Below are positions 17,436-27,711 of a stretch of DNA of 64,000 bases, piece by piece (positions within the stretch are counted from its first letter, which is position 1; every line of letters starts with the position of its first letter). A program made the position numbers and the translations under genes. The DNA lies in the IMG/VR virus record IMGVR_UViG_3300037761_000250, positions 1 through 64,000 of that record. One strand, 5' to 3'. The stretch is from a virus. Taxonomy: Duplodnaviria; Caudoviricetes. The notes under the pieces are model-generated. The model saw only the letters and a list, made by a program, of their open reading frames with translations, did not search any database and had not been told where the DNA came from.

Positions 17436-17865
17436 TTGTGGTCCAAGTACCAGATCTTGGAACTTTTTTCATGGTTTTTGGAGTTGCTAGCAGATAAGCA
17501 GATTCAGTTATAATGTTAAGGTCTCTTTCTAAGTATGTTTTTGGTTTTCTGGTAACATCGTTCAAGTACATTTCACCCATCATGAACTTTTCATTGATTG
17601 GTGGATGACCAATGACAGTGAAATCCAAACCTTTTGCTATAAGGGCAACTTGGTAGTCCGCGCCTATGCAGCATCCATGATGTAATACATTGAATCTGTG
17701 GTAGGTTAGAAAATTGATTACTCCAGCCATTTGCTTGTGTGATAGCCCATATTTTGTTCCTGTGAATCCTAAATGATTTTTGTTTTTTACAGGTTCTTCA
17801 TAAGTTTTCACGTTTTCGTCTATAAAATACTCTAGCACACTAGAGTATTCTAACACACTTGTCAT
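17359..17865 (-). CDS. SLOG (DprA/YspA-like) Rossmann-fold protein
   Basis: GFTGT, HHGCCIGAD, RD..I, SGTW.T..YA motifs. Confidence 0.7.
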   Translation of the reverse strand: MTSVLEYSSVLEYFIDENVKTYEEPVKNKNHLGFTGTKYGLSHKQMAGVINFLTYHRFNVLHHGCCIGADYQVALIAKGLDFTVIGHPPINEKFMMGEMYLNDVTRKPKTYLERDLNIITESAYLLATPKTMKKVPRSGTWTTIEYAKSAKLPYTIIYPDGTGYGSSG

Positions 17866-18012
17866 TTTTACTCCACAATTATAATACGGAACTTTTTGCA
17901 ATCACAGCCTATGCACAAGCATTTCCCCACCCGATCAAGGTGGGCGCCGTCTGCATGTTTACAACGACACCATTTAATCTTATCTATAAGTTCGAATATA
18001 TTTTTCATTATG

Positions 18013-18399
18013 TTACCGTGAAGGTCCTTGTGGAGTGTCCTTGGGGTTATCAAGATTCAGTTCACGTTTAGGCCCACACATGTCAAACAATGCTATTAAG
18101 GCAGGATGTTTTGGATATGCTGCGCCTTGAGGACGTGAGCCACGCTTGCGTGCAGCATATAGTTGAGGTCCTATAAATGCTGCCTCGGACACCCGGTTGC
18201 AATCAATTACTGATTCTTCGAACAACTTCACGTCTTCTTTTGATCCTATTTTTTCACAGTCGGAAGTTGCCCACCAGAATGTATCGTCACAAAGTGCAAA
18301 TACAGTTAAATCATCGTGCCAGAAAATTCCTTCTTGGATGTCGTATTTAGCAACAAGTTTGGCCACTTCTAGGAAGATTTCTATTCTCTCATTTTTCAT
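18013..18399 (-). CDS. Hypothetical protein
   Basis: CDDTFWWATSDCE and RPQGAAYP motifs; ORF in operon. Confidence 0.65.
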   Translation of the reverse strand: MKNERIEIFLEVAKLVAKYDIQEGIFWHDDLTVFALCDDTFWWATSDCEKIGSKEDVKLFEESVIDCNRVSEAAFIGPQLYAARKRGSRPQGAAYPKHPALIALFDMCGPKRELNLDNPKDTPQGPSR

Positions 18400-18679
18400 T
18401 TGCTAGCTCCCTAAAAAGATGCCAAACAAATCCATTAGTTGCCAATGCGGTTCCCACGTATTGGATACTGGAGACAATTTCTGGTACTGGCCAACCAGTG
18501 CCAAATGCCTTAAACATGTAAGATATTGGTGGATGGTCATTTGTCCATGACCAAAATTCCACTATGTCTGATTCACGACTTGCAACATGCAGGATTGGAC
18601 CGGTTAGAGTAATTTTGTGCCATTCCTCGTCTACTGGAACTTCGTACCGATAAATTCTTTGTGGCTGTTTATTCGTCAT
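18389..18679 (-). CDS. Hypothetical protein
   Basis: ORF in operon with overlaps. Confidence 0.65.
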   Translation of the reverse strand: MTNKQPQRIYRYEVPVDEEWHKITLTGPILHVASRESDIVEFWSWTNDHPPISYMFKAFGTGWPVPEIVSSIQYVGTALATNGFVWHLFRELANEK

Positions 18680-19349
18680 CTGCCAACTCCTTTAATATAT
18701 CGTCCATCTTGTCAATATCAATTGGTTGGTCACTACTAACTGGATCAATACCAACTTTTCCAAGACGTTCGTGCATCGATTGAAACGATGAGAAAATCTG
18801 ATGATGCCTTAGTTTTACCCGATCAAATGAAGGTTCTATTTCTGGTTTCCAGTACGAAGTTGGATCGATTCGGAGGATTTCTTTTGGGTTTAAAGTACCT
18901 AGTTTCATTATAGCATCCTCTGTAGCTATTTTATTGAATATCCAGTTTCTTCCTTCAAAATGTCGGTCGGTAAATATCAATACGCTTCCATCTCGAAATC
19001 TTACTCGAAGAGATGGACATTTTTTGTGTGTAAGAGTTCTAGTAACAGCTTCTAATCTACTATTTTCAATTTTTATTTCGTAAACTACGTCAAGATTCAA
19101 AGTAGCATCGGAAAATATTACTAATTTTTGTCCAAGTTTCCATGGGCCGCAAGTATCGCAGGCGTAACTTTTGCATCGAATGACGTGATAGAAATGTTGT
19201 CCATTTTGTTTTACACCCCAAGCTGGTAGTAAGCACCTCCTATTGTTGCCATGGATGATTACTTTACTACCGGATTCTTGGGTCATCGCATCACTCAACC
19301 AAATATGGTCAGACGCTTTTTGGCCCTGGTTACTCCGGTGTATAGCCAA
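18669..19349 (-). CDS. Rep-like Zn-finger (CxxxxCxxC) protein; paralog of 50885-51469
   Basis: RCKSYACDTCG, LDVVYEI, ILRID shared with the 51-kb ORF. Confidence 0.6.
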   Translation of the reverse strand: MAIHRSNQGQKASDHIWLSDAMTQESGSKVIIHGNNRRCLLPAWGVKQNGQHFYHVIRCKSYACDTCGPWKLGQKLVIFSDATLNLDVVYEIKIENSRLEAVTRTLTHKKCPSLRVRFRDGSVLIFTDRHFEGRNWIFNKIATEDAIMKLGTLNPKEILRIDPTSYWKPEIEPSFDRVKLRHHQIFSSFQSMHERLGKVGIDPVSSDQPIDIDKMDDILKELADDE

Positions 19350-20572
19350 CGGTCATATTCACGACCATTAGCAAGCCTTTTTTGAAACGAGCTGTCGGGT
19401 TCAAAAATCACCACCTCATCATACTCTGAACCTTGAGCTGTATGGGTAGTCTGTGCATATGCATATGACCAACGCTGTAGATGGTCAGCTCCATCCGGCA
19501 TCATCCCTTCGAATTGTTTCGCTGAAATATGGACTCTACTCAGTGTTTTTCCATATTCAGTGGTGATAGTTGCCAAATAAGTTTGACTATCTAATTCTTT
19601 CAACCAATCAATGACACCTCTTGTTCCCTTTGGAATTCCATGGTGTCGGATGTTTTTAGCAAGAACAACACGTTCACCAGGCTTTGGTGGTCCACTAAGA
19701 CCTCTTATAGACCTAACACCTTTATTTAGATAGTGAAATGTGAAATTGCGATTAGGTTTACTTGTAACGTAGTAGTTTTCTCTACTAAAGAAAGTCAGCA
19801 TCATTAAATCCGGATTATCCAGATCAATGTCGAACTCTCCATCATTCGGAAATGATAACCGACGTACATCTTGACTAAATTCTCCGTATTCCAATCGCTC
19901 ACCATTTCTAATTTTGTGAGCTAATTGGATTATTGGTGAATCTTTTGCTTGTCGGTGGATATCGGCAACATTATCCATCTTAATATTAGCGTCTGACATT
20001 AGATCTAATTTTGATTTATAATTATATCCAAGTCGGACTAATTCACTTCCACTCTCTACTGGAGGTAATTGAAAGTGGTCTCCAAAAAAGATAATACTGG
20101 AGTTTTTTGGCATGGTTTCAATTATATCATCATAGAGGATGCGACCTACCATGGAACTTTCGTCGCAAATAAGAAGACGTGTGCCTCCGATTTCTCTTGG
20201 ATTAAAAGAAAGTACACATCCACAAGCATTATAGGTTCCTGATCCATGACAAAGATCTCGTTCGTCAGTTCGGTATGGACAGGTACTACAATGATGTGAA
20301 ATTGGACGATAAAATTTGTTATGTATAGTAACAACACGTTGTGAGATATCTAGAGCCTTGTGCTTTTCGCCCAATACCAAGGTTGCTTTGTTCGTTGGGG
20401 CAATAAAACATACTTCCTTTCGATCTATGCCAAGCAATTCAGGCAATTGGACAGCTAAGGTGGTCTTGCCAGTTCCGGCTAGACCACCTACTTTAACAAT
20501 TCTTTGTCCATTTCTAAGTGAATTATCAATTTCCGACACTACCCATGCTTGCTTTTCAGTAAGTTCAATCAT
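19295..20572 (-). CDS. SF1B (Dda/RecD2-like) DNA helicase
   Basis: GLAGTGKTT, DESSMV, GDHFQLPPV, HRQA, YAQTTHTAQGSE, LYTGVTRAK. Confidence 0.9.
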   Translation of the reverse strand: MIELTEKQAWVVSEIDNSLRNGQRIVKVGGLAGTGKTTLAVQLPELLGIDRKEVCFIAPTNKATLVLGEKHKALDISQRVVTIHNKFYRPISHHCSTCPYRTDERDLCHGSGTYNACGCVLSFNPREIGGTRLLICDESSMVGRILYDDIIETMPKNSSIIFFGDHFQLPPVESGSELVRLGYNYKSKLDLMSDANIKMDNVADIHRQAKDSPIIQLAHKIRNGERLEYGEFSQDVRRLSFPNDGEFDIDLDNPDLMMLTFFSRENYYVTSKPNRNFTFHYLNKGVRSIRGLSGPPKPGERVVLAKNIRHHGIPKGTRGVIDWLKELDSQTYLATITTEYGKTLSRVHISAKQFEGMMPDGADHLQRWSYAYAQTTHTAQGSEYDEVVIFEPDSSFQKRLANGREYDRWLYTGVTRAKKRLTIFG

Positions 20573-21570
20573 ACTTTCCTTCTCAAAGTTGTATGGGCAG
20601 CTACCCGTCTTGGAATTTTGTTTCTTATTAGAATTTCGAAATCATGTCTGGTTCGTTCATTTAAAATAATTGAAGTTCCACAAGCACAAGATGAAGTTAT
20701 GTTATCCACGTGTGCAAGTACGTAATCAACTTCGCTATCCCACTCGCTTTGTAAGTCACGTGATCTAGGTGCATTGACGAAAATGTTTACTAGAGTTTCT
20801 AGAGCGTACTTAACCCCTGAATGACCATGACTGCCAGCGGTGAGTATTTTTCCAATAATGGTTAGTCCAGTGTCATGAACACCACCATCGTAGGATAATT
20901 GTAACTGTTGTGAACATTCTATCATAAGTTTAGACATGAATTCACAGATTGATTCATTTGGAAATGAATCTAATTCCTTGAATTCTTGTCGGGGAGATTG
21001 AATAAATATGGACCTTACCGGTTCCTCTACTAACTGCTCGGTCCACATTTCTGGTAACTCTGTTAGGTCTTTGATTTCTGGAATTTGTCCAACTAACTCA
21101 TTTCCACCCAGTCCGTTATACCATAAATAACGAGATTCTGCTTCTTTGTTCCATGATGGATAAGTAATCACGTATCTATGAGTGTACTGAATTACCGTTA
21201 TTCCGTTTATGGTACTGTACCATTTTCCGTTTTCATATTTTTCCGGAATACGATAAAGTATCTTCCCGCCTTCACCACCCCGGGCATCTACATTGAATGT
21301 AGTTGGTAGCTTTCCGTACTTGTTTTCTAGTTCTTGTAATTTGTTAAGGTCATCTTTGTAAGCATCTATATCTAGTGCTATTACGTTCTTAGGTAAACGA
21401 ATAGCTATATTTGCCCATTGGTACTCGCCTATCCACTTTTTAATTTGTTGATTAGTGGCAAGTCCGTATCCACCACTTACACCTTTTACAATTATATTTT
21501 TTCCTTTTGCTGGTAGAGGAGAGAACCCGGCCATATAATATGTTTCAGCAGCAAGTCCGTATGGTCCCAT
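20569..21570 (-). CDS. Bifunctional primase-polymerase (PrimPol/AEP) domain protein
   Basis: FSPLP..GK, NIAIRL, IALDIDAY, YVITYPS motifs. Confidence 0.8.
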   Translation of the reverse strand: MGPYGLAAETYYMAGFSPLPAKGKNIIVKGVSGGYGLATNQQIKKWIGEYQWANIAIRLPKNVIALDIDAYKDDLNKLQELENKYGKLPTTFNVDARGGEGGKILYRIPEKYENGKWYSTINGITVIQYTHRYVITYPSWNKEAESRYLWYNGLGGNELVGQIPEIKDLTELPEMWTEQLVEEPVRSIFIQSPRQEFKELDSFPNESICEFMSKLMIECSQQLQLSYDGGVHDTGLTIIGKILTAGSHGHSGVKYALETLVNIFVNAPRSRDLQSEWDSEVDYVLAHVDNITSSCACGTSIILNERTRHDFEILIRNKIPRRVAAHTTLRRKV

Positions 21571-21891
21571 GGGTGCTCCTCATTATGCAGAAAAATTATT
21601 TTCCCATTCTATGTTCGCATTCTATGTTCGCAGTCACACCAGCTATCACCTCGACATAATTCGTGTTTTTTGTTTTTACATGGTTCACATATAAACTTCA
21701 TATTGAATTCAGTCACCTACCTTCATTCATTATAAGTCCTTAGCTATCTTCTTCTAGTTTGTCTTCAATATCTCTGCACGAATGTAAGCCTGCGAAATAA
21801 CCCGCGAAGAATCCAATATAAATTAAAAATGCCGCAGCAAGTAGTTTAAGCATTATCAGAAGTTTCCGGTAGTCCACGACAGATAATTAGT

Positions 21892-22101
21892 TTAGGCATT
21901 TTCTTCCATATTTTTCGGTGTAAAAGAAATAAATCCATCAGTAGGCAGATTCAAGCACAAATAAATTGCTTCGAGTGCGTTTATAGAATCAGCTATTAGC
22001 TCGTTTATTGTTTGTGGACTTGGATTGTTTAAAGAATTCTTGACCATTTCAGCTCTAGCTACTCGCAACTCTGATAGTGCAAGTAACGCATCTTCTACCA
22101 T
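21892..22101 (-). CDS. Hypothetical protein
   Basis: ORF in operon. Confidence 0.5.
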   Translation of the reverse strand: MVEDALLALSELRVARAEMVKNSLNNPSPQTINELIADSINALEAIYLCLNLPTDGFISFTPKNMEENA

Positions 22102-22436
22102 TGGTATTGCTCCAATCGATACAGCTCAAGCCACTTCCAGTTGCTCATTTCGTTATAATTATCCCACTTTTCCTTTAACCTAGCCTTTAAGTTCAGCATT
22201 TTTATAGTTGTCTCCGTATCCACCCTTCGACCTTCGGTCAACATATCAATCGACTTCATCCACAAGTAAGGGTATTTAGTGCTGGTTGGATGCCAATATT
22301 TGCTAACTCTGGGTTGTACGTCATAAGCAGCGTGCTTGGCCTTGTATTTATTTTTTGGGTTTGCAATGATCCATACTAATAGTACAATTCCAGAAACGAT
22401 CAAGATAGCACCTAGGAACATAAAAAACGTCAACAT
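22095..22436 (-). CDS. Membrane-anchored hypothetical protein
   Basis: N-terminal transmembrane helix. Confidence 0.6.
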   Translation of the reverse strand: MLTFFMFLGAILIVSGIVLLVWIIANPKNKYKAKHAAYDVQPRVSKYWHPTSTKYPYLWMKSIDMLTEGRRVDTETTIKMLNLKARLKEKWDNYNEMSNWKWLELYRLEQYQW

Positions 22437-22440
22437 ATTA

Positions 22441-22707
22441 TTACCACTTCCAAGAGTATTGACTGTATGTGTGTTCGTTACAACTAACTTCTACCTTGTA
22501 GTGAGAGATATCAAAGCTCAGGAAAGCCATTATCCTTTGATATAATTCAGCACAAACTGCTTCCGTATTATCTGCTTTTATTCCCTTCGAAACAATATGC
22601 ACTTGCTTTATTAGTGTATCTTGGTTAAGTGTAATTTTTCCGTTGTTGAAAACTTCGATTTCAATGAAGTAGCCATTCCATTTAGTCTGTACTTTCATCC
22701 CGTACAT
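22441..22707 (-). CDS. Hypothetical protein
   Basis: ORF in operon. Confidence 0.5.
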   Translation of the reverse strand: MYGMKVQTKWNGYFIEIEVFNNGKITLNQDTLIKQVHIVSKGIKADNTEAVCAELYQRIMAFLSFDISHYKVEVSCNEHTYSQYSWKW

Positions 22708-23161
22708 CGACTACCTCTCCCTCAATTAAAACAGTCTCATATACTTTTTCCCATGGTGCCCTTTGAATTCCAGCAGACAAATTTATCGAAGCAGTTTCCA
22801 TTCCATAAAGTTTTGATTTCCTTTCAAGTGCCTTTAGGACAATAGCCGCGGCCAGTTTGTCTCCACGGCTAGCATCGTCAATGAACCGCTCAACAATATT
22901 ATCAATTTGGTGTGCCATAGTCTCCCGAAGTTCATTTACTCCAGGAGCCTTTACTTTCTGAAACATTCTATTTAGATATGCACGTACGTTATCTTCACTG
23001 ATGTTTAGTGTTTCAGCAATATCGTAGTAAGACTTCCCAGCATATCTCATTCGAACTATTGCCTTAACCATCTTTCCATATCTAAATCCAAGCGCTTTGA
23101 AATTAGTAATTTCTAATGCTTGTTCTAAAAGATCGGGTTCTTGTTCGGGTTTGTATTCCAC
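22682..23161 (-). CDS. HTH protein, terminase small subunit-like
   Basis: HTH GKSYYDIAETLNISEDNV, LERKSKLYG, C-terminal APWEKVYE as in 3215-3559. Confidence 0.6.
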   Translation of the reverse strand: MEYKPEQEPDLLEQALEITNFKALGFRYGKMVKAIVRMRYAGKSYYDIAETLNISEDNVRAYLNRMFQKVKAPGVNELRETMAHQIDNIVERFIDDASRGDKLAAAIVLKALERKSKLYGMETASINLSAGIQRAPWEKVYETVLIEGEVVDVRDESTD

Positions 23162-23198
23162 TTAGAATCACCACCCATATTTTATATCTTTCAGTTAA

Positions 23199-23233
23199 AG
23201 AGACCCAGGGCACCCCCCGTGCCCTGGGTCTCT
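23199..23233 (-). terminator. Intrinsic terminator
   Basis: Perfect 15-bp stem agagacccagggcac/gtgccctgggtctct followed by T residues on minus strand, after SSB gene. Confidence 0.85.
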
Positions 23234-23265
23234 GGCGATTAATTTATTTAGTTAAAATAGCCAAC

Positions 23266-23751
23266 CTAAGAAGGAAGCGGAAGTCCACTTCCAGACTTGT
23301 CCTTGGCACTATCCAACTTCTGGAAGACAACGTTGAACTCGTCCCGCTCCCGAATCTCGCCGTTCTTCTTCTTGGTTCCAGCCAGGAACTTAGTGCCCTT
23401 GACAGAGCACTTCTGACCGATGAAGGAGGTGGGGTCGGGAGCACCATTGGGTGCCGTAGGCAAGTGGATTTCCTTGTCAACAACATATTCGGGATGAACG
23501 GCATCACAAAGCCATTTAAGCGCGTAGGCTTCTCCCCAAAGCATGATGTTGGTGTATACCGGGAGACCTTGGTATTTTCCTTCTTCAATGGTCAGCTTGG
23601 TCCGCCAGAACGGCTTGCCCGTGTTCTTGCCCTGCTGAACTTCTTCCGAAGTTATATCGGAAATCATGACAACGTATCGACCAGTTGGAGGAAGTTCGTA
23701 TTCTCCTGAACTAGCTGCCACGTTATCTGACATATTAAGCTTGAAGGTCAT
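23266..23751 (-). CDS. ssDNA-binding protein (DUF669-like)
   Basis: YELPPTGRY, GKP....KLTIEEG.Y, position after AAA ATPase. Confidence 0.7.
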   Translation of the reverse strand: MTFKLNMSDNVAASSGEYELPPTGRYVVMISDITSEEVQQGKNTGKPFWRTKLTIEEGKYQGLPVYTNIMLWGEAYALKWLCDAVHPEYVVDKEIHLPTAPNGAPDPTSFIGQKCSVKGTKFLAGTKKKNGEIRERDEFNVVFQKLDSAKDKSGSGLPLPS

Positions 23752-24484
23752 TGGTTAATTTCTCGCCCTCTTGAATTTGTTTGAAAATATATTGCATGGT
23801 TGGATTTAAGATTTGTTTGTCTAAGAGATTGGTTCGATCTTTTGCAATTACTCCTGGTATGCTGTCAGTTAATAGAATTCGTTCGTTTTTTTCCTCCACA
23901 GTTTCAATGTATAAGTGTGCAACTATATCGAAGAAAGCTGAGACCTCATCAGCAGCTTTGCCTGTTAATGATGGCTTCTTTGTTGTCATGGTTGTCCGTT
24001 TGTCAACGTCTACTCGCACCAGCGCGGTCATAATGACGTTCATTGGAAGATCTCGGAACTTCCGAACAAATTTCCTTACATGTTCGGTGTTTATCCCCCA
24101 TTCTTTAATTTCTGGAATTGCCATTGGATCGTTACCTTTTCGGGTATCCATGGTAAATTCCATGCTCAACTTTTGTACTTCGGTTAAGCTATCAACTACT
24201 ATTGTTTTGAATTCATGTTTGCCAGTTTTTAGTTCTTCATACAAAGAATCAAACGCTTGCCAAGAACCGATTCGCACCTTTTCAACGTTTGGAAACATGT
24301 TTCGAAGACTAAGTGTACCACCTTCTACATCAATAAATAGTACAGGGCGCATCTCTGAAACTGAATCGGATGATCCAGCAAGCGTGGTTTTGCCTGCACC
24401 ACTTATCCCATAAATTAGCATATTGAATTTTAGTAATTCATCTCTAACAGACCGAATTGGCAGACCGGCAATTGTTGATATCAA
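23735..24484 (-). CDS. AAA_24/Sak4-like ATPase
   Basis: LIYGISGAGKTT, FIDVEGG, IVVDSLT, AKDR motifs. Confidence 0.85.
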   Translation of the reverse strand: MISTIAGLPIRSVRDELLKFNMLIYGISGAGKTTLAGSSDSVSEMRPVLFIDVEGGTLSLRNMFPNVEKVRIGSWQAFDSLYEELKTGKHEFKTIVVDSLTEVQKLSMEFTMDTRKGNDPMAIPEIKEWGINTEHVRKFVRKFRDLPMNVIMTALVRVDVDKRTTMTTKKPSLTGKAADEVSAFFDIVAHLYIETVEEKNERILLTDSIPGVIAKDRTNLLDKQILNPTMQYIFKQIQEGEKLTNDLQA

Positions 24485-24555
24485 AATATTATCCCTTGAA
24501 GATTTACTGTGTTATGTCCATTATGGTTCGACGTTACCACAGCTCAGGGAGCGTG

Positions 24556-24891
24556 TCAAGGCGTGAGTGCATCGGTTAATTTAAGATCATCAATGCGTTG
24601 GTAGGCCAGCTCGCCAGCCAATAATGAGGCGCACCGATTTTGTTCATCACGCCAAAATATGTATTTTTTGTATGCTGATTGAAGGTCTGGTTGGACTGCT
24701 TTAGTTTCATCGATTCGGTATTTAATTATTATTGGGTCTGTTATATTTCGTTGTCGGCAAGTTTCTAATTCTCGATCTTCGAACATTTTGTCTAGGCGAT
24801 TATACTCTTCACTGTTTTCCTTGGCCTTCGCTGCTGCCAACCTCATCCTTGTTAGAATCTCCAAGAAGTTTGTGTAGTTCATATTTTTCAC
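24556..24891 (-). CDS. Hypothetical protein
   Basis: ORF in operon. Confidence 0.55.
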   Translation of the reverse strand: MKNMNYTNFLEILTRMRLAAAKAKENSEEYNRLDKMFEDRELETCRQRNITDPIIIKYRIDETKAVQPDLQSAYKKYIFWRDEQNRCASLLAGELAYQRIDDLKLTDALTP

Positions 24892-25198
24892 CCAAATAGA
24901 ATTCGTCTATTTTCTTCGAATGTAATACAAAATTTCCAGATTTAACAATGAATCTGGAAACGTCTTTACCATAAACTTCAAAATGAAAAGAAAAATATTC
25001 GCTATGATTTTCGTTTGTAACTTTTGTACATTTAATATAATAATACATTTTACTCATTTCATTAGAGTTTCTCGATCGATCATACTCGGTTAGTATTTCA
25101 GCTAGACAGCTGACAACTGAACCCTGTCGACTGTGCCGCTTACCCGCACGCCGATCGAGTATCTCTATCAAATTATCGGGTACCTGTTCTGGAGTCAC
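24809..25198 (-). CDS. Hypothetical protein
   Basis: ORF in operon. Confidence 0.5.
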   Translation of the reverse strand: MTPEQVPDNLIEILDRRAGKRHSRQGSVVSCLAEILTEYDRSRNSNEMSKMYYYIKCTKVTNENHSEYFSFHFEVYGKDVSRFIVKSGNFVLHSKKIDEFYLGEKYELHKLLGDSNKDEVGSSEGQGKQ

Positions 25199-25348
25199 GA
25201 CTTCGTTTTCCCTGCTTCACGTATGTGGTCAAATGATTTCGGCATATCGCTGTCCCGTCGACTAGGTAGAGCGCCGCCTTATCGCATGTCAGGTTTGACG
25301 ATGTGAAAATTGGACAATAGAACATGCTCATATTAGTCTCTACTTAAC

Positions 25349-26155
25349 TTATTTCATTAGAGTTTGAAGCTGATCAAATTTCTTTGCCTTTTTAATGGTT
25401 TCAGGATCAGCTTCTATTGCAGATATGTCCTGTACCAATTTAACCATGCTGTGCCTAATTTTGTTTAGCTCCCAGTATGTATTGTCTATTTGCTTCGAGA
25501 TTTCCATTGCAAGTGCAATAAATCCAGTTTTGTTAGTCTTCTTTGAAATAGCTTTCTTAGGACTTTGTGCTGCGCCATTCCTTGGTCGATGCTTGCCCAA
25601 GTGAGCACGTACACTAATTCCAGAATCAGCCGTGTATACAAGACAAATGTCACACTGATATACTACACTTCCATCTTCGAGTAGAACTTCACTAATGTTC
25701 TTGAAAGGAACTGCCTTTCCTCCAGTTATTGGAGTTTCGATTTTTGCTTGGGATCGTTCGATGATCTTTACACCATTGATGAAATCTTTGTTGTTTGATT
25801 GAACTTCGTCGATATTTCCACGAACGGTGGCTATATCTGCAATTTTATTTGAGGATTGTTCAATTCTCTTCATTCTATTTTTATCTTTCTTTTTTGAAAG
25901 GTTAGCTTCTGCCTCAAGAAGACCATTTCGTTTGCACCAAGCTTCCGCATTGCGAAAGCCTCGGCCTCGGCCTGCGTCTGGTGTAGATGGAAACGATTCT
26001 GCGGCTCCGTTCGGTGCACGAATAAAAAAGTGACCTCCTCCAGTTCTACGGACGGGCCAACCAACTGCTTCACATCTTTCCATAAGTTGCTGAAATTGTA
26101 GCTTTTTACTGGACATATTGATCTTCTTCGTAGTAATGTAATTCTTTTTTGACAT
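25349..26155 (-). CDS. HicA-like N-terminal domain fused to C2H2 Zn finger and coiled coil
   Basis: GWPVRRTGGGHF..RAPNG...PSTP; YQCDIC...VRAHLGKH. Confidence 0.55.
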   Translation of the reverse strand: MSKKNYITTKKINMSSKKLQFQQLMERCEAVGWPVRRTGGGHFFIRAPNGAAESFPSTPDAGRGRGFRNAEAWCKRNGLLEAEANLSKKKDKNRMKRIEQSSNKIADIATVRGNIDEVQSNNKDFINGVKIIERSQAKIETPITGGKAVPFKNISEVLLEDGSVVYQCDICLVYTADSGISVRAHLGKHRPRNGAAQSPKKAISKKTNKTGFIALAMEISKQIDNTYWELNKIRHSMVKLVQDISAIEADPETIKKAKKFDQLQTLMK

Positions 26156-27344
26156 ATAAAGTGTCTAGGGTATATTTATAATCCTCATCCATGTTTTTTC
26201 CAATGCAAGGAGTCTTATACGCACAGTGGTTACAGGTGAATCTAGAAGGCATAGGATAAACTCTTGGATTTTCCATCATATCTTTAACTTCGTTTAGCAA
26301 ATCTCTCCAAGTGTTTTCGATTTCGTATCGATTCTTGATAATTTTGTGTCGTTGGTAGAATTTAGGGCCTTCGGCACTTTTTAGGTAGGCGACGTAATCA
26401 TTATAAATTCCATGATAGTATCCAGGATCGTTCGCTTCTACTTCCCTAATAAAAAGGTCTAGCTCAGTAGGTGCATTCTTGTCGGTACTATATAGGCGAC
26501 CTTTGTATGGTCGCTTCAATTTTTGTGGTGGCTCCGGTACTGCCTTCCTCTGCTCATGATAAATGAAGCCATCCACAGGCCGACCTAGTTTGGCTAGAGC
26601 CATTGGATACCTACCGACCTGCGTGTCTAATTGTAGAAAGGATGATTCTGTGTCGTCAGCGATAATCCTAGTGGTCGTTTTCCAGTCTACAATCAAAAGT
26701 CTATGCTCTAAATCCTGGAAGATTGCATCAATTATACCTCCATAGGTAACTGGCAAACCTTCCCATAATTCGTAACTTCGGTTTCCCGAATCTACTATTT
26801 CTTTTGGAGTCATAGTAGTTGTGTGCTTAAGCCATTTCTTCCAACATCTAGTGCATTTACACCATAGTCCCAAATCAACTTCAAATGGAATTTCAACCGT
26901 CAGTGGTGTTAGACCAACATCAAGTTTTGGGCTAACTTCCTTGGTGTAATATTCTAGCATTCGTCTTCCAAGATCAACGCGTTCTTGGTAATCTTGAATT
27001 ACTTCATCGCTAGGTTCGCCGTTTACTTCCTTATAATAGTCAAGTTGCTGTTTGACTACTACATTGAACTTGGCAAAGGCAGCGGCTGCCATCATCTCAC
27101 GATCTTTGCGCCACATGTCTGGGTCATACCAGATTTGTTTCGCAGCGTGCCAGGCCATACCAAATTCCAACGGCTTAGGAGTTACGGTTGGATAATAACC
27201 TTCTCTGTAAACCCAGTCCCATCGTCTACGACAGGATTCGAACGAACGAATTTCGGAGTTGTGAAAACTGTGTTGTAACTTAGCCTTGATTAGTTCGTCT
27301 CTGTTCATCATATGCTCCATGAGTTGGACAGTGTTGTGATCCAC
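26106..27344 (-). CDS. Cas4-like/PD-(D/E)xK exonuclease
   Basis: SEIRSFESCRRRW, GIIDAI, IVDWKTT, C-terminal CNHCAYKTPC. Confidence 0.85.
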   Translation of the reverse strand: MDHNTVQLMEHMMNRDELIKAKLQHSFHNSEIRSFESCRRRWDWVYREGYYPTVTPKPLEFGMAWHAAKQIWYDPDMWRKDREMMAAAAFAKFNVVVKQQLDYYKEVNGEPSDEVIQDYQERVDLGRRMLEYYTKEVSPKLDVGLTPLTVEIPFEVDLGLWCKCTRCWKKWLKHTTTMTPKEIVDSGNRSYELWEGLPVTYGGIIDAIFQDLEHRLLIVDWKTTTRIIADDTESSFLQLDTQVGRYPMALAKLGRPVDGFIYHEQRKAVPEPPQKLKRPYKGRLYSTDKNAPTELDLFIREVEANDPGYYHGIYNDYVAYLKSAEGPKFYQRHKIIKNRYEIENTWRDLLNEVKDMMENPRVYPMPSRFTCNHCAYKTPCIGKNMDEDYKYTLDTLYVKKELHYYEEDQYVQ

Positions 27345-27681
27345 AATCTATGATACCAATTCCTACGTCTGCTTCACAACATGGAGTATCACAAGTGCAA
27401 ATTGACTCATTTTGGGGTAGTTGTACGAAACATTCTTGACAAAGTTCATGTTCACAATCATCGCATTGGTTGTCATCGGCAGCTATGTGTCCGTCCTTTC
27501 CTAATTTTCTACAAGCACAGCATATGTTGCATAGTGGTAAACCCATTCTGGAGAATTCCATATCTTCGCAAATGTAACATCCTTCTCTGTGTACTTTAGG
27601 AACCGATACCATGGAATCTTTTAGTAGTTGATAGGCTGGGTCGTTCGGTCGTTGATGCATTCTAGGTGTTCTATGTGTCAT
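27280..27681 (-). CDS. Cys-rich putative Zn-binding protein
   Basis: Multiple CxxC motifs. Confidence 0.6.
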   Translation of the reverse strand: MTHRTPRMHQRPNDPAYQLLKDSMVSVPKVHREGCYICEDMEFSRMGLPLCNICCACRKLGKDGHIAADDNQCDDCEHELCQECFVQLPQNESICTCDTPCCEADVGIGIIDCGSQHCPTHGAYDEQRRTNQG

Positions 27682-27711
27682 AATTCAGCTCTATTCATCT
27701 CTCACATTTCT

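Noticed and set aside
23116-24413. Plus-strand ORFs 23116-23709 and 23781-24413
   Set aside because: Antisense to SSB and AAA ATPase genes with clear motifs.
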